NCBI GenBank assembly: GCA_013813345.1
Contig: JACCRW010000066.1
Location: forward strand, 1-33,209
Direction of reading: 5' to 3'
Length of the DNA stretch: 33,209 nucleotides
Source: Actinomycetota bacterium
GTDB lineage: Bacteria; Actinomycetota; Thermoleophilia; Gaiellales; Gaiellaceae
Below, one piece after another: positions 16,136 through 25,153 of the stretch. The position numbers and the translations under genes were made by a program. Each line of letters opens with the position of its first letter. Within the stretch, counting starts at the first letter, position 1. Under the pieces are notes generated by a model that did no database searches, had not been told where the DNA came from, and was given only the letters and a program-made list of their open reading frames with translations.

Positions 16136-16446
16136 CAGCCGTCCTCCCGCAGGGGCGCGAAGCCGTCCTGCCTCGAGACCGCCATCCCCTCGCGCACCCA
16201 GGTGACGCAGGCGCGCGTATTCGGGATCCCGTCGACGACGACCAGGCAGTCGAAGCAGACGCCCATCCCGCAGTAGACGCCGCGCGGCTCGCCATTGCGG
16301 GTGAAGCGCGTCGCGAGGTGGCCCTCGGCGTAGAGCAGCGTCGCGACGCTCTCGCCCTCGTACGCGGTCACCGGACGGCCGTCGAGGGTCAACGTCACGG
16401 CCGGGCCGCGCTCGAGCCCGCCGTGGAGAGGAAGGCGCGCGTCCAT
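16135..16446 (-). CDS. Small (2Fe-2S)-binding subunit (HcnA / opine-dehydrogenase gamma type)
   Basis: 103 aa from ATG 16446 (MDARLPLHGG...TLTLDGRPVTAYEGESVA...CGMGVCFDCLVVVDG...RACV). ATGA overlaps at both ends. Confidence 0.8.
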   Translation of the reverse strand: MDARLPLHGGLERGPAVTLTLDGRPVTAYEGESVATLLYAEGHLATRFTRNGEPRGVYCGMGVCFDCLVVVDGIPNTRACVTWVREGMAVSRQDGFAPLREDG

Positions 16447-17396
16447 CAGTACCGAGCCTCGACGAGGGAGACGTAGTTGCCGTCGGGTTCGGCGAAGGCG
16501 ACGGTTCGCCACTCGCGGCCGCCGCCGAGGTCGATCGTCTGCGGCTCGCCGTGCACCTCGATTCCGTCGGCGCGCAGCTCGGCTGTCGCGGCGTCGATGC
16601 TGGCGACGCGGATCCCGAAGTCCATCGGGCCGAGATGTCCCCACTCGCCCCGGCAGTCGGGCCCTGGCGGGTCGAGGACGACCGGCTCGATCGCCGCGCC
16701 CTGCGACGACATCGGCATCGTCATGTGCTGCGCAGGGAGATTCCCCGGGTCGTACCAGGGCGCCTCGTACCAGGGCGCCATCGGGTCGAAGAAGTCGACC
16801 GACTCGAAGAGGAGCTCGGTGAAGCCGAGCCGCTCGTAGAAGGCGCGCGTGCGCGCCATCTCGGTGACGCCGAAGGCGACGTGGTTGACGCCCTCGGCTC
16901 GGGCCGGGCCGGGCAGCGAACGCCAGAGGCCGGTCCACTCGATCAGCTCGAGCTTCGTTCCCCAGGGATCGGCGACGTAGGAGATGTCGAGGGCGATGTC
17001 GTGCGGGACGACCGCGGAGCTCTGCGCCGGCATCAGCTCCTCGCAGCCGGCGGCGACGAGGGCGGCATGCACTTCGCCGACGTTCCGGACGTGGAGGCAG
17101 ATCTCGCAGACGCCGACCTCGCCCCACGCCTGGCCCGCCGGTACGGGAGGCGGGTCGTCGCTGTCGAGGATCTGGACGAGCTTTACGCGACCGGGGCCGA
17201 TCGGGGTCGCGCTGCTCGACTCGAGCATCGCAACGCGGGCATGCGGCGCTCGGCCGGCGAACGCCTCGACGCTCGTCAGCTCGCCCGTCCAGTCGAAAAG
17301 CACGCGGTCGAAGCCGACGTGCCGTCCGTAGAACGCGATCGCCTCGTCGATGTCGCCGACGCCGACGCCGACGTGGTCGACGCCCTGAAAGCTCAC
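16446..17396 (-). CDS. Two-domain VOC (glyoxalase/extradiol-dioxygenase superfamily) protein
   Basis: 316 aa from GTG 17396 (VSFQGVDHVGVGVGDIDEAIAFY...; second module VNHVAFGVTEMARTRAFYERLGF). GTGA overlap with the DapA-family stop at 17393. Confidence 0.8.
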   Translation of the reverse strand: MSFQGVDHVGVGVGDIDEAIAFYGRHVGFDRVLFDWTGELTSVEAFAGRAPHARVAMLESSSATPIGPGRVKLVQILDSDDPPPVPAGQAWGEVGVCEICLHVRNVGEVHAALVAAGCEELMPAQSSAVVPHDIALDISYVADPWGTKLELIEWTGLWRSLPGPARAEGVNHVAFGVTEMARTRAFYERLGFTELLFESVDFFDPMAPWYEAPWYDPGNLPAQHMTMPMSSQGAAIEPVVLDPPGPDCRGEWGHLGPMDFGIRVASIDAATAELRADGIEVHGEPQTIDLGGGREWRTVAFAEPDGNYVSLVEARY

Positions 17397-18349
17397 GTTC
17401 GGACCTCCGCCGGCCGCTCGAGCAGGCCGGCTTCGACGAGCACCCCGCGCATCGCCCCGATGCTCTCCGCGTCGGTCACCGGAAGCCGCGGCGGGCGTAC
17501 GGTGGGGCCGATCGGCTGACCGAGAAGTCCCATCAGCACCTTGAGCTGGCTCTGATAGGCGCCGTAGTGGCCGCCCCACCCGCCGGGGAGCCAGAGCTTC
17601 GGGAAGAGCTCGTCCATGCGTCGCGCGTGCTCGCGAGCGGGCTCGAGGTCGCCGCGCCAGACGGCCTCCCAGAACTCGGCGTCGGGTCTCCCCCAGAGCG
17701 AGCCGCCGCCGATGAAGCCGTCGCCGCCGACCTCGAGCAGCAGATCGAGCCCGGCCTCGGACATGAACGGCCCGATCACCCGCACGCGGTCGACGATCCT
17801 GCGCGTCGTCTCCGCGAACTGCTCGAAGCTCGGCGTCGAGTCCTTAATTGCGACCACGTTGCCGATCTCGACGAGCCGTTCGGCGAGCACTGCGTCGATG
17901 TCGACGCCCGTGCCGTGCGGCCAGTTGTAGATCATCACCGGCCCGTCGACCGTCTCCGCGAGGTCGCGGTAGTAGCGGACCGTCTCGTCCGGGTAGGTCT
18001 TCGCGTAGGGCGGCGGCGTCGAGCCGATCCCGTCGGCGCCGGCCGCGAGCGCGTGGCGGCCGAGCTCCGCGCCCTCGCGTGCGGTGTAGGACGTGCAGCC
18101 GATCACGACCGTCAGCCGCCCTGCCACGGCGTCGATCGCGTTCTCGGCCACGAGCCGGCGCTCCTCGGGGCTCTGCGAGAACCACTCGCCGGTGGTGCCG
18201 TTGACGAAGACGCCGTGCATCCCCTCGCCGACGTACCAGTCGAGGAGCGCGCGGTGCGCCTCCGCGTCGTAACTGCCGTCCTCGGCGAAGGGGGTCGGAC
18301 AGGCGGGCCAGTATCCGCGCCAGTCCACGTCGTCTCGCGTCATCGTCAC
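17393..18349 (-). CDS. DapA-family (DHDPS/NAL-like) lyase, second copy
   Basis: 318 aa. The start is GTG 18349 or ATG 18343. PTPF, NGTTGEW and Schiff-base lysine context VAIKDST are present. Confidence 0.87.
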   Translation of the reverse strand: MTMTRDDVDWRGYWPACPTPFAEDGSYDAEAHRALLDWYVGEGMHGVFVNGTTGEWFSQSPEERRLVAENAIDAVAGRLTVVIGCTSYTAREGAELGRHALAAGADGIGSTPPPYAKTYPDETVRYYRDLAETVDGPVMIYNWPHGTGVDIDAVLAERLVEIGNVVAIKDSTPSFEQFAETTRRIVDRVRVIGPFMSEAGLDLLLEVGGDGFIGGGSLWGRPDAEFWEAVWRGDLEPAREHARRMDELFPKLWLPGGWGGHYGAYQSQLKVLMGLLGQPIGPTVRPPRLPVTDAESIGAMRGVLVEAGLLERPAEVRT

Positions 18350-18353
18350 CTCG

Positions 18354-19580
18354 TCAGGTCGTCGGTTGGCCGGCCGGAGTGCGGTCGACCGCGTAGGCGG
18401 GCGGGATCGCGGCGCGCCCGGTGGCGAGCTCCTCGGCGAGGAGCTGGGCGAGCAGGGGGCTGAGTGTAAAACCGGTCGTCGCGATCAGGGTATGGAATCC
18501 CGGCAGCCGCGCCGACTCACCGACGATCGGCGCCAGGTCTGCCGTGAAGGCCATCACCCCCGACCAGGTTCGCACGATCCGCACCTCGGCGAGCAGCGGG
18601 AGGACGCGCAGGGCGACCGCGACGTTCCCGGCCGTGCTCTCCCAGGTCGTCGAGAACCGTCCCGGCGGCGGCTCCGGATTGGCAGGCCAACCGCCGCCGA
18701 TGATGAAGGTGCCGTTCGTCGACTGCTTCAGCGTCAGCCGGCGACCGATGTGCTGGATCATCGGCTCGAGCACGCGCTCGCACGGCTCGGTGACGTTGAG
18801 GTGGAGCCCCTCGGCCCGCATCGGCAGGCGAAGGCCGACGAGCGCGCCGACCTCGTTCGCCCACGCTCCCGTCGCGTTGACGACGCGCCGTGCGTGGACG
18901 CGCCCCGCACCCGTGCTCACCGTGAACCGGCGGGCGCCGCCGTCGGGATCGACTTCGACCCTCGTCACCTCCGCGTGCGTCCTCAGCTCGGCGCCCGCCT
19001 CGGCGGCCCGCGCGGCAAAGAGCGGCGCGGCCAGCATCGGGTTCGCATGGCCCTCGTCGGGGCACCAGGTCGCACCGAGCAGGTCGTCGGCCAGGTAGGG
19101 GGCGAACTCGCGCAGCTCCGCGCCCTCGAGCACGTGCGTCTCGAGCCCGGCCTCCTCCTCGAGCTCGCGCTTCTCGTGCAGGAGCCGGAGCTCGTCAGGG
19201 GTCTCGGCGACCATGAGCCCGCCCGTGATGTGGATCTCGAGCGAGCCCGAGAGCTCGCGTTCGAGCGTCTTCCAGACCTCCGCCGCCTCCGCGTGCAGTC
19301 GCACCTCGGTCTGGAGGCGCTCCCGTACGTTGCCCGTCTCGAGCGCGGTGAGCTGGTGGAGCGCGATCTGGAAGTGGAAGCTGCCGGCGTTCGTGCCCGA
19401 GGCCTCGCGGTTCAGCTCCGCCCGCTCGACGAGCACGCACTCGACCCCGGCGCGGGCGAGGTAGTAGGCAAGGGCAGTCCCGGCGAGGCCGCCGCCCACG
19501 ATCAGGACGTCGGTGCTCTGCGGGAGCGGCGCGCGGAGCGCCCTCGCGGGCGGCCAGGCGGCAGGGGAATCAGCCCTCAA
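18354..19580 (-). CDS. FAD-dependent oxidoreductase, beta subunit type (OoxB / HcnC / LhpB-like)
   Basis: The only usable start upstream of DVLIVGGGLAGTALAYYLARAG is TTG 19580, with GGAGG 11 nt upstream. That gives 408 aa and overlaps the alpha-subunit gene by 11 nt. Confidence 0.83.
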   Translation of the reverse strand: MRADSPAAWPPARALRAPLPQSTDVLIVGGGLAGTALAYYLARAGVECVLVERAELNREASGTNAGSFHFQIALHQLTALETGNVRERLQTEVRLHAEAAEVWKTLERELSGSLEIHITGGLMVAETPDELRLLHEKRELEEEAGLETHVLEGAELREFAPYLADDLLGATWCPDEGHANPMLAAPLFAARAAEAGAELRTHAEVTRVEVDPDGGARRFTVSTGAGRVHARRVVNATGAWANEVGALVGLRLPMRAEGLHLNVTEPCERVLEPMIQHIGRRLTLKQSTNGTFIIGGGWPANPEPPPGRFSTTWESTAGNVAVALRVLPLLAEVRIVRTWSGVMAFTADLAPIVGESARLPGFHTLIATTGFTLSPLLAQLLAEELATGRAAIPPAYAVDRTPAGQPTT

Positions 19581-21009
19581 CGGTGAAGAAGCCTCCGTCC
19601 TCGAGGCTCGCGTCGGCGACGGCGCCGATGGGCACCGGGCGCACGGGCGGCCGCGCCGTCGCGACGGGCAGGCTCGCAATCGAGCCGCCGTGCCGAAGCG
19701 CGAGCGTCGCCGCGATCTGGCGCTGGCAGTTCCGGCCCTGGCAGAGCCCCATCCCGGCCCGCGTGAGGGACTTGACGACGTTGACGTCGTCGGTTCCCTC
19801 GCTCGCGGCGTCGAGCGCCCCTGCAGTCACCTCCTCGCAGCGGCAGACGACCGTCGCGGGAGTGGCGAGCTCGTAGATCCCCGGGCCGACGGCGTGCATC
19901 CGCCGGAGCGCTCGGCGAAACGCCTCCTTGCGAGCGAGTCGCCGGCGCAGGGGCGCCGCGCGAGCTGCGGCCGCCTCCGGAGCGAGCGTGCCGAGATCGA
20001 GCGCCGCGCCGAGCGCCGCGAGCCGGCCCTCGTCGATCGCGACGTAGGAGCCGGCGACGCCGGTCCCGTCCCCGGCGGCCGAGACGTCGGGCGTGGTCGT
20101 GCGCAGCCACTCGTCGCGGACGACGATGGGGCCACCGAGATCCTCGTCGTAGACGAAGTCGCATCCCGCGAGGCGGAGGAGCTCGACCGAGGGAAAGAAG
20201 CCGTAGCCGACGCAGAGCGTGTCGGCGGCCACCCGCTCCTCGGTGCCCGCCAGCGGCCGCCAAGCCGTGTCGACGGACGCGTGCACGACCTCCTCGACTC
20301 GGCCTTCGCCCTCCGCGCGAACCACGATCCGGCGGTAGCGGAGCGGAACGCGGTCGCGCAGGAGCCGCGTCCGGTAGGCGACGGCGTCGCGGAGGAGCGG
20401 TACGTTTCCGCGAGCCGCCGCGAGGAGCCGGAGCACGTCGCGCGGCCCCGGCGCGGGTCCGGCCTCGAGCACGAGCTCGACGTTCGCGCCATAGCCGCGG
20501 AGCTGGGCCGGGAACGCGAGCGCGAGCGGGCCGCTCCCCGCGAAGACGATCCGCTTTCCCGGGAGCACGCGCTGGGTCTTCACGAGCGTCTGCGCTCCGC
20601 CCGCCGTGAGCACGCCGGGCAGCGTCCAGCCGGGAAAGACGACCGGCCGATCGTGGGCGCCGGACGCGAGCAGCAGCCGCCCCGCCTCGACCGTGCGGGC
20701 GGGCTCGCCGTCCTCGACGAGCACGAGCGTCGTGCCGCGGATCGCGACGGCGCTCGTCCGGGGCAGGAGCCGAGCGCCCGCTCGCTCAGCGGCCGCAATC
20801 AGCGCGCGACCGCGGACGTACTCCCGCCCGACCGCGGCCGGCTCGGTGACCCGGAAGCCGGGGCCGGGTTGCTTGAAGATCTGCCCGCCGAAGGTCGGCC
20901 GCTCGTCGACGAGGCAGACCGAGAGTCCCGTCGACGCCGCCTCCGCCGCGGCGGCGAGCCCTGCGGGCCCGCCGCCGACGACGATCAGGTCGTAGCTCGC
21001 GTCAGTCAC
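19570..21009 (-). CDS. FAD/NAD(P)-binding oxidoreductase, alpha subunit type (OoxA / HcnB-like) with a C-terminal BFD-like [2Fe-2S] domain
   Basis: 479 aa. Two dinucleotide folds (DLIVVGGGPAGLAAA; RIVFAGSGPLALA) and C-terminal VVCRCEEVTAGAL...GLCQGRNCQ. GTG start at 21009. Confidence 0.85.
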   Translation of the reverse strand: MTDASYDLIVVGGGPAGLAAAAEAASTGLSVCLVDERPTFGGQIFKQPGPGFRVTEPAAVGREYVRGRALIAAAERAGARLLPRTSAVAIRGTTLVLVEDGEPARTVEAGRLLLASGAHDRPVVFPGWTLPGVLTAGGAQTLVKTQRVLPGKRIVFAGSGPLALAFPAQLRGYGANVELVLEAGPAPGPRDVLRLLAAARGNVPLLRDAVAYRTRLLRDRVPLRYRRIVVRAEGEGRVEEVVHASVDTAWRPLAGTEERVAADTLCVGYGFFPSVELLRLAGCDFVYDEDLGGPIVVRDEWLRTTTPDVSAAGDGTGVAGSYVAIDEGRLAALGAALDLGTLAPEAAAARAAPLRRRLARKEAFRRALRRMHAVGPGIYELATPATVVCRCEEVTAGALDAASEGTDDVNVVKSLTRAGMGLCQGRNCQRQIAATLALRHGGSIASLPVATARPPVRPVPIGAVADASLEDGGFFTVEG

Positions 21010-21024
21010 CGCTTTCGAATCGAT

Positions 21025-21933
21025 TCACGAGCACTCGGGCATCTCCGGGAGCTCCGCTCCGATCGTCTCCTCGTAGATGTCCGCGAGCTCGCCGCTCTCC
21101 TGCTTCTCGCAGATGAAGTCGCTCAGGTAGTCGGCGAGCGCCGTGTTGCCCTTCTGCACGGCGTAGGAGCCGTACTCGACCTGGAGCGGCTCCTCCAGCG
21201 CGACCTCCTCGAGGGCGTCGTCGTTCGACTCGTTGAACTGGGCGAGGAGGTAGTTCTCGACGACGATCGCATCCGCACGGCCGGTGGAGACCTCGAGGAA
21301 CGCCGCGTTCTGATCCGGGAACGACTTCGACTGCGCCTCCGGGAACGTTGCCGCGACGAGCTTCTCGGCCGTCGAGCCCTGGAGCGAGGTGATCGCCTTG
21401 TCAGAGCTGTTGAACGCCTCGATCGTCGCCTCCGTCGAGTCGTCGGCCGCGGCTGCGAGGACCTGGACGTACGGCACGTACTCGCGGCTGAAGTCGACCG
21501 ACTCCTTGCGCTCCGGGGTCGCGGAGAGACCGACCGAGACCATGTCGAACCGCTTCGAGACGAGACCGGGAATCAGGCCGTTGAAGTCGAGGTTCTGGAT
21601 GTCGAGCTCGACGCCCATCTGCTCGGCGAGCTCCTCGACGAGCACGACGTCGTATCCGGCGGGTTCGCCGCTGTCGTCGAGGTACATCTGAGGCTCGAAC
21701 TGGAGCGACATCCCGACCGTGAGCTTCGACGAGTCGACGAGGTTCAGGTCGGCCACGTCGCCCGTCTCCGTCTCTGTGTCCGTTTCCCCTTCCGTGGTCG
21801 CCGCGCTCGTCTCGGTCGTAGCGGCGCCGTCACTGCTCTCGTCGTCGTCGCCGCCGCAGGCGAGCGCGATCGTCGTCAGGGCAAGGGCAAGGGCGACGGC
21901 AAAGAGCAGTCTCCCGATTCGCGTGCGTGTCAC
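21025..21933 (-). CDS. Family-3 amino-acid ABC substrate-binding lipoprotein
   Basis: 302 aa. GTG start with GGAGGA 8 nt upstream. Lipobox LALACGG followed by a D/E/T-rich linker. Confidence 0.87.
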   Translation of the reverse strand: MTRTRIGRLLFAVALALALTTIALACGGDDDESSDGAATTETSAATTEGETDTETETGDVADLNLVDSSKLTVGMSLQFEPQMYLDDSGEPAGYDVVLVEELAEQMGVELDIQNLDFNGLIPGLVSKRFDMVSVGLSATPERKESVDFSREYVPYVQVLAAAADDSTEATIEAFNSSDKAITSLQGSTAEKLVAATFPEAQSKSFPDQNAAFLEVSTGRADAIVVENYLLAQFNESNDDALEEVALEEPLQVEYGSYAVQKGNTALADYLSDFICEKQESGELADIYEETIGAELPEMPECS

Positions 21934-21976
21934 TTCGATACTCCTCCGTGGTTGTGGCCTTCGGCCATTGTGGGGA

Positions 21977-22735
21977 CTAGGTCTTGCCAGAGAGCGCTTC
22001 GACGTCTTTCATCACGAGCTCGATCCGGCGGCGCCGCCTGCCTGCCGCGGCCCGTGCGATCCCTCCGCTCGGCGGTGTGGTCAGCGTCTTCTCGAACGCC
22101 CGGAAGAGGAAGTCGAAGAAGAATGCGGCGGCGACGTAGAGACCGGCCGCGGCGGTGTAGAGGACGAACGGCTGGAACGTCGTCGAGTTCAGGTTCTGCG
22201 TCACGCGGACGAGCTCGAGCAGCCCGATCACGGTGAAGGTCGAGGTGTCCTTGATCATCCCGATGAACATGCTTCCGATGTTCGGAATCGCGATCTTCGT
22301 CGCCTGCGGGAGGGTGACCTGGACGAAGATCCTCGCCGGATGCATCCCGAGCGCGAGCCCTGCCTCGCGCTGGCCTTTCGGGATCGCCTGCAGCGCGGCG
22401 CGGTAGATCTCGGAGATGAAGGCGCTGTAGAGGAGGGTAAGCGCGATCACCCCGGCCTGGAAGACGGTGAAGCTGATCCCGACGACGAGCGACCAACCGA
22501 AGTAGACCCAGATCACGCTGACGAGCGCCGGGACGCCGCGGAAGACGTTCACGTAGATCGCGGCGAGCCAGGAGACCGGCGGCTTGCCCAGCCGCAGGAG
22601 CGCGAGCACGAGGCCGATGGCAACTGAGAGCACGAGCGCAACGGCGGCGACCTGGATCGCGACGAGCAGGCCGCGGAGGAGATCCTCCTTGTTCTCCCAG
22701 ATTAGGCCCCAGTCGTAGTTCGCGAGGAGCCTCAC
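21977..22735 (-). CDS. Amino-acid ABC transporter permease
   Basis: 252 aa. EAA loop ALQAIPKGQREAGLALGM. The GTG start overlaps the ATPase stop (GTGA). Confidence 0.9.
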   Translation of the reverse strand: MRLLANYDWGLIWENKEDLLRGLLVAIQVAAVALVLSVAIGLVLALLRLGKPPVSWLAAIYVNVFRGVPALVSVIWVYFGWSLVVGISFTVFQAGVIALTLLYSAFISEIYRAALQAIPKGQREAGLALGMHPARIFVQVTLPQATKIAIPNIGSMFIGMIKDTSTFTVIGLLELVRVTQNLNSTTFQPFVLYTAAAGLYVAAAFFFDFLFRAFEKTLTTPPSGGIARAAAGRRRRRIELVMKDVEALSGKT

Positions 22736-23520
22736 AGCACGGCCTTCAGGAACCGCTTCGTCCGCGCGTTCTCGCAGATGTCGAGGAAGCCGCGCGGCCC
22801 CGACTCGACGACGAGGCCCTCGTCCATGAAGACGTTGAAGTCGCCGATCTCGCGAGCGAAGTTGAGCTCGTGGGTGACGATCACCATCGTCATCCCGCTC
22901 TCTGCGAGCGCGCGCATGACCGCGAGCACCTCGCCGACGAGCTCCGGATCGAGCGCGGAGGTGGGCTCATCGAAGAGCATCACCTCGGGATCGAGGCTGA
23001 GCGCACGGGCGATCGCGACCCGCTGTTGCTGGCCGCCCGAGAGCTCGCCCGGAAAGTGGCCCGCCCAGGGAAGGAGTCCGACCTGGCGGAGCGCGATCCC
23101 CGCCTTCTCCTCGGCCTCGCGGCGGCCGAGGCTGCGAACCGAGCGGAGCGCGAGCGAGATATTGTGGAGCGCGGTCAAATGCGGGAAGAGGTTGAACTGC
23201 TGGAAGACCATCCCCACGTGGCGGCGCAGTTGCAACGGCCCCCCGCGCTTCTCGGCGCGCTCGCCGGGCAGCCCCGGCCCGTACTCCACCCCGAGCACGC
23301 GCACAGAGCCCGCGCTCGGCTCCTCGAGCAGGTTGATCGTGCGCAGGAGCGTCGACTTGCCAGAGCCGGACGGCCCGAAGATGACGACGTGCTCGCCGGA
23401 GTGCACCTTGAGGTCGACTCCGTGGAGCACCTCGACGCTGCCGAACGACTTCTTGATCCCCTTCAGCTCGACGACGAGCCGGCTCGCTCGCTCGGCGTCG
23501 GCAAGGGATGCGCGGCTCAC
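22732..23520 (-). CDS. Polar amino-acid ABC transporter ATP-binding protein
   Basis: Walker [18 protein letters not shown] and MLFDEPTSALD. The preferred start is GTG 23520 (GGAAGG 10 nt upstream); the alternative is ATG 23571. The track start 23667 would run into the upstream SDR. Confidence 0.86.
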   Translation of the reverse strand: MSRASLADAERASRLVVELKGIKKSFGSVEVLHGVDLKVHSGEHVVIFGPSGSGKSTLLRTINLLEEPSAGSVRVLGVEYGPGLPGERAEKRGGPLQLRRHVGMVFQQFNLFPHLTALHNISLALRSVRSLGRREAEEKAGIALRQVGLLPWAGHFPGELSGGQQQRVAIARALSLDPEVMLFDEPTSALDPELVGEVLAVMRALAESGMTMVIVTHELNFAREIGDFNVFMDEGLVVESGPRGFLDICENARTKRFLKAVL

Positions 23521-23632
23521 CTCGGTCGAGCCTTCCTGCCGCGAGGAGCTAGTGGACGCAGGCGTTCGCATGGCGGTCGTAATGTCCGCATGGTGAACCT
23601 TCGGTGAAACGGTGTCAAGCGAGAGCCGACCC

Positions 23633-24391
23633 TCACACGAGCCAGCCGCCGTCGACGACGAGCACATGGCCGGTGATGTACGCCGCCGCGGGCGAGGAGA
23701 GGAACGCGACCGCGGCGGCGATCTCCTCGGGCCTGCCGAGCCGGCGGAGCGGGACGCGCTCTCGCCCGAGCGCGGCGAGCTCCTCGGGGCTCGCGAGGCC
23801 CCGAGTCAGGTCGGTCTCGACCGTCCCCGGCGCGACCGCGTTCACCCGCACGCCGCTCGGGCCGACCTCGCGCGCCGCTGCCTGCGTCAGCAGCCGCACT
23901 GCCCCCTTCGAGGCGTCGTAGGCGACCATCGGCCCGGTCGAGGCGGTGAAGCCCGAGGTCGAGCAGACGGTGACGATGCTGCCGCGCCCGCGCGGCACGA
24001 GTGCGCGCAGGGCGGCCTGGACGACGAAGAAGACCCCGCGCACGTTCACCGCCATCAGCCGCTCGTACTCCTCCGGCTCGACCTCGACGAGCGGGCGTCT
24101 GAGCGCGACCCCGGCATTCGCGACGACAGTCTCGAGCGGCGTCTCCGCGTCGACCTTGGCCACGACCTCGCGCACGGTGATCACGTCGGTGACGTCGAGC
24201 TCGATCGCCCGGGCGCTGAGCCCCTCGGCGGCGAGCGAGCGCACGCATTCGGCCGCAGCGGCGACGTCCACGTCCGCGACGACGGTATCGTCGCCGCGCT
24301 CGGCAAGGGCGCGAGCGATCGCGCGCCCGATTCCCTTCGCTCCGCCAACGACGAGCGCGCCGCGCGGCTCAGGGTCAGCCGACGGCCTCAC
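23633..24391 (-). CDS. SDR-family oxidoreductase
   Basis: 252 aa from GTG 24391, with a GTGA overlap with the upstream SDR stop. VVGGAKGIGRAIA, NAGV and YDASK are present. Confidence 0.87.
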   Translation of the reverse strand: MRPSADPEPRGALVVGGAKGIGRAIARALAERGDDTVVADVDVAAAAECVRSLAAEGLSARAIELDVTDVITVREVVAKVDAETPLETVVANAGVALRRPLVEVEPEEYERLMAVNVRGVFFVVQAALRALVPRGRGSIVTVCSTSGFTASTGPMVAYDASKGAVRLLTQAAAREVGPSGVRVNAVAPGTVETDLTRGLASPEELAALGRERVPLRRLGRPEEIAAAVAFLSSPAAAYITGHVLVVDGGWLV

Positions 24392-25152
24392 CGGATGTTG
24401 CTGGCACCGTTCACGTCGATCGTCGCACCCGTGAGGTGGCGGCACCGGCCCGAGGCGAGGAAGACGATCAGCTCCGCGACCTCTTCGGGGGGAACCATCT
24501 CCCCGAGCGCGAGCGCCGCGTTCACCGCCTCGATCCCGCCGCGCGCGGCCGCGGATGCCTCCGAGAGCCGCGTGCGGACGATCCCCGGCGCGACGACGTA
24601 GGCGAGGATCCCGGCCGCGGCGTAGTTCCGGGCGACGGTCTGGGTCAGGCTTGCGAGCGCGGCCTTCGACGCGGCGTAGCCGCCGAGGTGCGAGATCGCC
24701 GAGCCGCGCTGCGCGGCCCAGCTCGAGAGCGCGATCACGATTCCGCCCTCCTGCTCGAGGAAGTGGCGGACGGCCTCGCGGATCAGGCTCGCCGGCTCGA
24801 GTAGGTTCACCTGCGCGGCGAGCGCCCAGCCCTCGTCCCACTCCTCGTCCGAGCCATCGAAAGCGGTCGTCGGCATCGTCGCGGCGTTGACGACGAGGAC
24901 GTCGACACGGCCGTGCCAGGCGACCGCCTCGCGCCAGAGCTTGCGGGCGGCGCCGCGCTGCAAGAGATCGGCCTGGAGCAGGAGCCGGTCCGACTGAGGA
25001 ATCGCCGCCACTGCACCCTCGGCCCCCCCGCGGTGCGAGCCGTAGTGGGCGATCACGCTCGCGCCGGCCTCTCCGAGGGCGCGGGCCGTTGCCGCGCCGA
25101 TCCCGCGGGACGCGCCGGTAAGGAGGACCGTCTTGCCTTCGAGGTCGTGCAC
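24388..25152 (-). CDS. SDR-family oxidoreductase (paralog of 793..1554)
   Basis: 254 aa from GTG 25152, 1 nt after the LLM TGA. LLTGASRGIGAATA, SSWAAQRG and YAASK are present. About 60% identical to the 793..1554 product by eye. Confidence 0.87.
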   Translation of the reverse strand: MHDLEGKTVLLTGASRGIGAATARALGEAGASVIAHYGSHRGGAEGAVAAIPQSDRLLLQADLLQRGAARKLWREAVAWHGRVDVLVVNAATMPTTAFDGSDEEWDEGWALAAQVNLLEPASLIREAVRHFLEQEGGIVIALSSWAAQRGSAISHLGGYAASKAALASLTQTVARNYAAAGILAYVVAPGIVRTRLSEASAAARGGIEAVNAALALGEMVPPEEVAELIVFLASGRCRHLTGATIDVNGASNIR

Positions 25153-25153
25153 G

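Noticed and set aside
21017-21026. 10-nt palindrome GAATCGATTC spanning the SBP stop codon, just upstream of the alpha-subunit start
   Set aside because: It is short with no partner site. It could be an operator or hairpin, but a 10-mer palindrome is weak evidence.
19513-22236. 907-aa ORF on the + strand, the longest in the track
   Set aside because: It runs antisense across three well-supported minus-strand genes (alpha subunit, SBP, permease). Its translation is Arg/Ala/Gly/Asp-rich low-complexity sequence with no recognisable motif. This is a typical GC-driven shadow ORF.
23590-23618. Perfect -35 hexamer TTGACA (23618..23613, minus strand) in the 112-nt gap before the second ABC ATPase
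   Set aside because: No acceptable -10 element follows at 16-18 nt (CACCAT / ACCATG). I cannot support an internal promoter from sequence alone.
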